From positions 160,001 to 224,000 of the forward strand of contig OZ223272.1 in NCBI GenBank assembly GCA_965140585.1: 64,000 nucleotides of DNA, written 5' to 3'. The stretch's first letter is position 1; each line of letters opens with the position of its first letter. Positions 59,909-64,000 of the stretch are shown piece by piece. Below the pieces are notes generated by a model. That model had not been told where the DNA came from and ran no database searches. It saw nothing but the letters and a program-made list of their open reading frames with translations. Position numbers and translations under genes: made by a program. Origin of the DNA: Spirochaetia bacterium (GTDB lineage Bacteria; Spirochaetota; Spirochaetia; UBA9216).

Positions 59909-61189
59909 ATGAGCATGGCCTTAAAAGATCATAGAGCTATGATGGAACGATGCAGCAGCTGCGCAAGCTGTAAATTCATTCCTTTTGATAAAATTAAAAG
60001 CCTGAGATTTGGAGAAAACTGTCCAAGTATCGGTTATTATAATTTCATGACCTACTCTGCACGCGGTCGTTACCAGTTAAGCCAGAGTCTTCTTGACGGA
60101 AGAGCTGAGCTGAACGACAAGGCAGCAGAAGTGATTCATTCATGTACTTCCTGCGGTGCATGTGACACTATGTGTAAGGTTACAAGATACAACCTTGAAC
60201 CGCTTGAGCACAATATCGAACAGAAAGCATACGCTGTTGAAAAGGGTGTAGTTCTTGAAGGACAGAAACCTGTAATTGAAAACCTTAAAAAAGAAAACAG
60301 CATGATTCCAGGAACAAAGAAAGCAAACAGATCGGACTGGGCAAAAGATCTTAAGATGAAAGATCTTTTCAAGGAACAGGGTGAAGTTGCATTCTTCCCA
60401 GGATGTAAATACAGCTACGATGAAAAACTTCAGAAAGTTGCCCAGAATGCAGTAAAACTTCTTCAGAGCGCGGGCGTTGATCTCGGGTACCTTGGTGCTG
60501 CAGACAACTGCTGTGCAGGAAGATCACATCAGATGGGCTTTTTCGATGAGTTCAAGGACAGAGCTGACTCAAACATCAAGGCTTTTAAGAAAGCCGGCGT
60601 TAGAACAATCGTTACTCCATGTTCCGACTGTTACCACGCTTTCAAAAGACAGTATGCAAAACTCGGTTTCGAAGTTGAAGTTCTTCACGTAGTAGAATAC
60701 ATCGACAGACTTATCGAAGATGGCAAAATCAAGTTCACAAAATCTGTTGATATGACAGTTACCTACCATGATCCATGTCACCTTGGAAGACTCGGTGAAA
60801 AATATGAAGAATGGAACGGTGTTGAAAAGAAAATCTTCAACCAGATTCAGATTTGGGAACCAAGACGACCTAGATACAACGGTGCTCATGGAATCTATGA
60901 TGCTCCGAGAAAGATCCTTGAAGCAATTCCCGGTGTTAAACTTAACGAAATGGAAAGAATCAGGGAATACTCATGGTGCTGTGGTGCAGGCGGCGGATGT
61001 AACGAATCCAATCCTGAATTCTCAAAATGGACCGCAGGCGAGAGAGTAGCCGAAGCAAATGCAACCGGCGCTGATGCAATGGTTACAGCTTGCCCCTGGT
61101 GTAAGGATAACTTCACAGGTACCGCAGATGAAGACGGCAACACAATCGATGTTCTGGATATCATCGAGCTTGTACAGCAGGCACTTTAA
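59909..61189 (+). CDS. Fe-S oxidoreductase with ferredoxin and two CCG domains (GlcF/HdrD-like)
   Basis: CSSCASC..CPS; CTSCGACDTMC; FFPGC; CCAG; CSDC; YHDPCHLGR; CCGAGGG; TACPWC. Confidence 0.92.
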   Translation: MSMALKDHRAMMERCSSCASCKFIPFDKIKSLRFGENCPSIGYYNFMTYSARGRYQLSQSLLDGRAELNDKAAEVIHSCTSCGACDTMCKVTRYNLEPLEHNIEQKAYAVEKGVVLEGQKPVIENLKKENSMIPGTKKANRSDWAKDLKMKDLFKEQGEVAFFPGCKYSYDEKLQKVAQNAVKLLQSAGVDLGYLGAADNCCAGRSHQMGFFDEFKDRADSNIKAFKKAGVRTIVTPCSDCYHAFKRQYAKLGFEVEVLHVVEYIDRLIEDGKIKFTKSVDMTVTYHDPCHLGRLGEKYEEWNGVEKKIFNQIQIWEPRRPRYNGAHGIYDAPRKILEAIPGVKLNEMERIREYSWCCGAGGGCNESNPEFSKWTAGERVAEANATGADAMVTACPWCKDNFTGTADEDGNTIDVLDIIELVQQAL

Positions 61190-61203
61190 TAGGAGGTAAA
61201 ATA

Positions 61204-62877
61204 ATGGCTTTTTCAAGAGAAATATACCAGGCCCTTGAAGATATTGTAGGAAAAAGAAACGTTTCTGAAGATATCGGGGTATGTGAAACATATAGAAGTA
61301 TTCCATCACAGAGTTCAGCTCACTATGGACCATCAGCAGTCTGGACTCCAATCCCACAGGCAGTAATTCTTCCTTCAACAACAGAAGAAGTTCAGCAGAT
61401 AGTTAAATTATGCAACAAGCACGATATTGAATTCAAAGCTGCTTCCACTTTCTGGTCAACAATGGGCCACATCGGTTCAGACTACGGGCTTCAGATTGAC
61501 CTCAGAAGAATGAAAAGCGTTGAAATTGATGTTAAAAACATGACAGCAGTCATTGAGCCCTATGCAATTGCAGCTACAGTTCAGGCAGAAGCAATGAAAG
61601 TGGGACTCAACCTGAATATCCCCGGTGTAGGATGTTCAAGTTCAACACTTGCAAGTACTGCAGGCTGGGTTGGATTCGGTCCCGGAACAATTTTCATGGG
61701 TTCAACTCCTGAAAACCTTCTGGCATCAGAATGGATTCTTCCTAACGGAGAGCTTCTTAAAACAGGTTCACTTGGATCAAGTGATGACTGGTTCTGCGGC
61801 GAAGGCCCCGGACCAAGCCAGAGAGGTATGCTCAGAGGTACTTTCGGAACTGCAGGTACATCAGGTATCTGTACAAAGATGGCAGTAAGACTTCACCCAT
61901 GGCCGGGTCCGAAAGACTTCCCGACAAGAGGAACAATACCCGCATACAGAGCCGATTTCGGTGACAACTTCAAATGCTACACAATGTGTTTCCCGGACTG
62001 GAAGGCATGGGCGCGAAGTGTTCAGTACTTCCATGAGAGTGACGTACTCTACCTTGGTCACAGACAGTTCAGCATGTTCGGTAGAAATCTTAAGGCAGCA
62101 ATGCTCAAGATTATCAACAGCCCTGAACTCCAGCTTTCAGACCTTGAAACAGTACTTGCAGACCCTGTGATCCAGAAAGAAAACGAAAGTATGAAACTCG
62201 ATTATCATATCGTAATTGCCGGTATGACTCAGAGAGACTTTGAATACAAGGAAGCAGCAGTTGACTACATCCTCGAGCAGACTGGCGGATGGAAGAATGA
62301 AATGATGCTTGATAAGGATATGATGGACTATGCCCTTCTTTACCTTACAAGACTCGGTCATAAGAACCTTAACTATGTTATGTGCGGTGCTTATGAAGGG
62401 ACATTCGGTCTTGCTTCTAACGTATGGAAAACTATCGAAGTTATCGAAGATGCAGTTGCAATAAAGAGAAAGTGGGAACTTGAGCATGACTCAATCGCAG
62501 CCACCGGTGGTGACTCAGCAATGGGTTCAACATCCGGTATCGGAGGCGGTGGAGCTACAGGCTGGGAGTTCTTTACAAACTTCGACTCATATGACAAAAA
62601 CTCCGTTAAAGGCACATGTGATTTTATGGACGGCAATCAGGAATTCCACAACAAGCACAGCTTCGGACCTGACTTCTGTAGATGGAACTCTGATGTACGC
62701 CATATGAACGGATACAGCTTTACCCAGGAAGAGCACGATGAACTCATGATTAAGGCCGCTCAGCCTTGGGTATATGCTTACCAGTACAAGATGCGGAAAG
62801 CAATTAACCCGAAAAACCTGTGCGGAAGCTACTTCAGGACACTTACCCCTGAAAAGCTTGAAGCATTGGAGAAATAA
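61204..62877 (+). CDS. FAD-binding oxidoreductase (FAD_binding_4 superfamily), subunit 2
   Basis: VILPSTTEEVQQIVKLCN; IDLRRM; EWILPNGELLKTGS; GPGPSQRGMLRG..GICTK; RKAINPKN. Confidence 0.85.
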   Translation: MAFSREIYQALEDIVGKRNVSEDIGVCETYRSIPSQSSAHYGPSAVWTPIPQAVILPSTTEEVQQIVKLCNKHDIEFKAASTFWSTMGHIGSDYGLQIDLRRMKSVEIDVKNMTAVIEPYAIAATVQAEAMKVGLNLNIPGVGCSSSTLASTAGWVGFGPGTIFMGSTPENLLASEWILPNGELLKTGSLGSSDDWFCGEGPGPSQRGMLRGTFGTAGTSGICTKMAVRLHPWPGPKDFPTRGTIPAYRADFGDNFKCYTMCFPDWKAWARSVQYFHESDVLYLGHRQFSMFGRNLKAAMLKIINSPELQLSDLETVLADPVIQKENESMKLDYHIVIAGMTQRDFEYKEAAVDYILEQTGGWKNEMMLDKDMMDYALLYLTRLGHKNLNYVMCGAYEGTFGLASNVWKTIEVIEDAVAIKRKWELEHDSIAATGGDSAMGSTSGIGGGGATGWEFFTNFDSYDKNSVKGTCDFMDGNQEFHNKHSFGPDFCRWNSDVRHMNGYSFTQEEHDELMIKAAQPWVYAYQYKMRKAINPKNLCGSYFRTLTPEKLEALEK

Positions 62878-62911
62878 GTAGATTCTTTGAATCGTCGCCC
62901 GAACAATTTTG

Positions 62912-62944
62912 AAAGGAGATGCCCATTAGGGCATCTCCTTTTTT
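62912..62944. terminator. Bidirectional intrinsic terminator
   Basis: AAAGGAGATGCCC-ATTA-GGGCATCTCCTTT-TTT. Confidence 0.9.
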
Positions 62945-63440
62945 ATGCTTTGAATCGTATATTGAAAAGTCCAGTCTCTGGCAGAGCGGGTACCAGTATA
63001 GGAACTCTGGAAGTGCAGCATCCTCAAAATCCCTGAAAATCTCCCGCCACTTATCATCATCAAGAGTCGTATTCATAGGCTCGATGTATTTGCTGTAGTA
63101 CTCATCATAGTTTTCATACTGATCAATGTGGTTGTAGGTAATCATCAAAGTTTCCGATGTATAGTTCCAGAGTAATTTCTACATCGGCAAGGTTCCTCTT
63201 CATAACTTCACCAGGGCATTACTGAGAATTGTATAGATATCAGCCTCAACAGCCTGTCTTATTTTGAGACCTTTAAGAGCCTTGCTGTAACCATTAAAAC
63301 CAATCAGGAATGCATTTTCCTGCAGAGCAGAATAAACCTTGAAATCATCACCATTCTGAACATTTTTAACATCGGTTCCGATAGGTGCATAATGGAAGAA
63401 TACTGCTGCAAGAGCAATAGCAACAAACAGCTTAACAGTT
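62945..63440 (-). pseudogene. Collapsed remnant of an OppA/DppA-type (family 5) solute-binding protein
   Basis: Fragments in changing frames: signal-like KLFVAIALAAVF; LIGFN..ALKGLKIRQAV; NLADVEITLEL; YEN.DEY..TTLDDDKWREIF..YPL. Confidence 0.6.
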
Positions 63441-63995
63441 AAACCGGACTTTTTGTTCTGCAGACATCTGTCGCGTAAGCACATCTTGCAGCAAACCGAC
63501 ATCCAGGAGGGGGATTAATAAAGGAACGGCCGAGAGCAGAGCCTGGGTATACGGATGTACCGGATTTTTGAAAAACTCTTCATTATCAGCATATTCAACG
63601 GTCTGCCCCAGATACATGACCATAATGTTATCTGATATTTCCTTCCTGGTACAGCTTTTAGCAATAACCAGAGGCTCAGAGATTATCTGATAGACTGTCA
63701 TTCCGGGATTCACCGATAAATACGGATCCTGAAAGATGATCTGCATCTCCCTGCGTAGCTTACTCAGCTCTTTTCTTGATACCTTTGTAATATCATTGTC
63801 GCGGTATAAGAGTTCACCGTCGGCATTCTCAAGCAGATGAATGAGAACCCTACCAAGCATAGATTTACCGCAGCCTGATTCACCTACAACACCAAGGGGT
63901 TCCCCTGTCTTGATTGAGAAGCTGACATTATCGACAGCATGAAGATAGCCGTTTCTTGTTTCAAAATATTTCTTTAAGTTCTTTATTTCGCTCAA
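63432..63995 (-). pseudogene. OppF/DppF-type ABC ATPase with internal deletion (may be 5'-truncated by window edge)
   Basis: GESGCGKS and QIIFQDP, then KEI joined directly to SDNIMVMYLG..PVHPYTQALLSAVP; signature, Walker B and H-loop are missing. Confidence 0.85.
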
Positions 63996-64000
63996 ATTAC

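Noticed and set aside
11-62707. Many short ORFs in the track antisense to or overlapping long genes (for example 18122-18658, 5775-6248, 50664-51101)
   Set aside because: Shadow ORFs of well-supported genes, with no RBS or recognisable motif

Overview
Bacterial chromosome segment, most likely from a free-living or host-associated anaerobic spirochaete. This is inferred from signal peptides of the 'xFAxGxxE' type and the gene content; it is not proven. No rRNA, tRNA, CRISPR array or transposase was seen. The left half is largely intact: M16C protease, nucleoside hydrolase, tex, an nfeD-like gene plus two flotillins, epmA-efp, an Rrf2 regulator, an OmpA-domain protein, a putative (mannosyl)glucosylglycerate locus (two GT4 enzymes, a GH13_18 phosphorylase, a GAF-Enzyme I and an unannotated 54-aa gene), a DUF4105/Lnb-like gene and nifJ. 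The right half holds proCAB, egsA/araM and an intact FadR + FAD-oxidoreductase / Fe-S-CCG / FAD-oxidoreductase operon. These are interspersed with decaying nutrient-uptake cassettes carrying at least five in-frame stops, three frameshifts and several large internal deletions. Best candidates for new biology: (1) a nitrogen-sensing-type Enzyme I and a small protein embedded in a glucosylglycerate locus; (2) the two-flavoprotein/CCG oxidation module with its own operator; (3) a promoter-driven antisense hairpin RNA inside a sugar operon; (4) recurrent leaderless-gene architecture; (5) a DnaK-like/TM/OmpA trans-envelope protein. All functional calls come from recognising motifs by eye, not from database searches.
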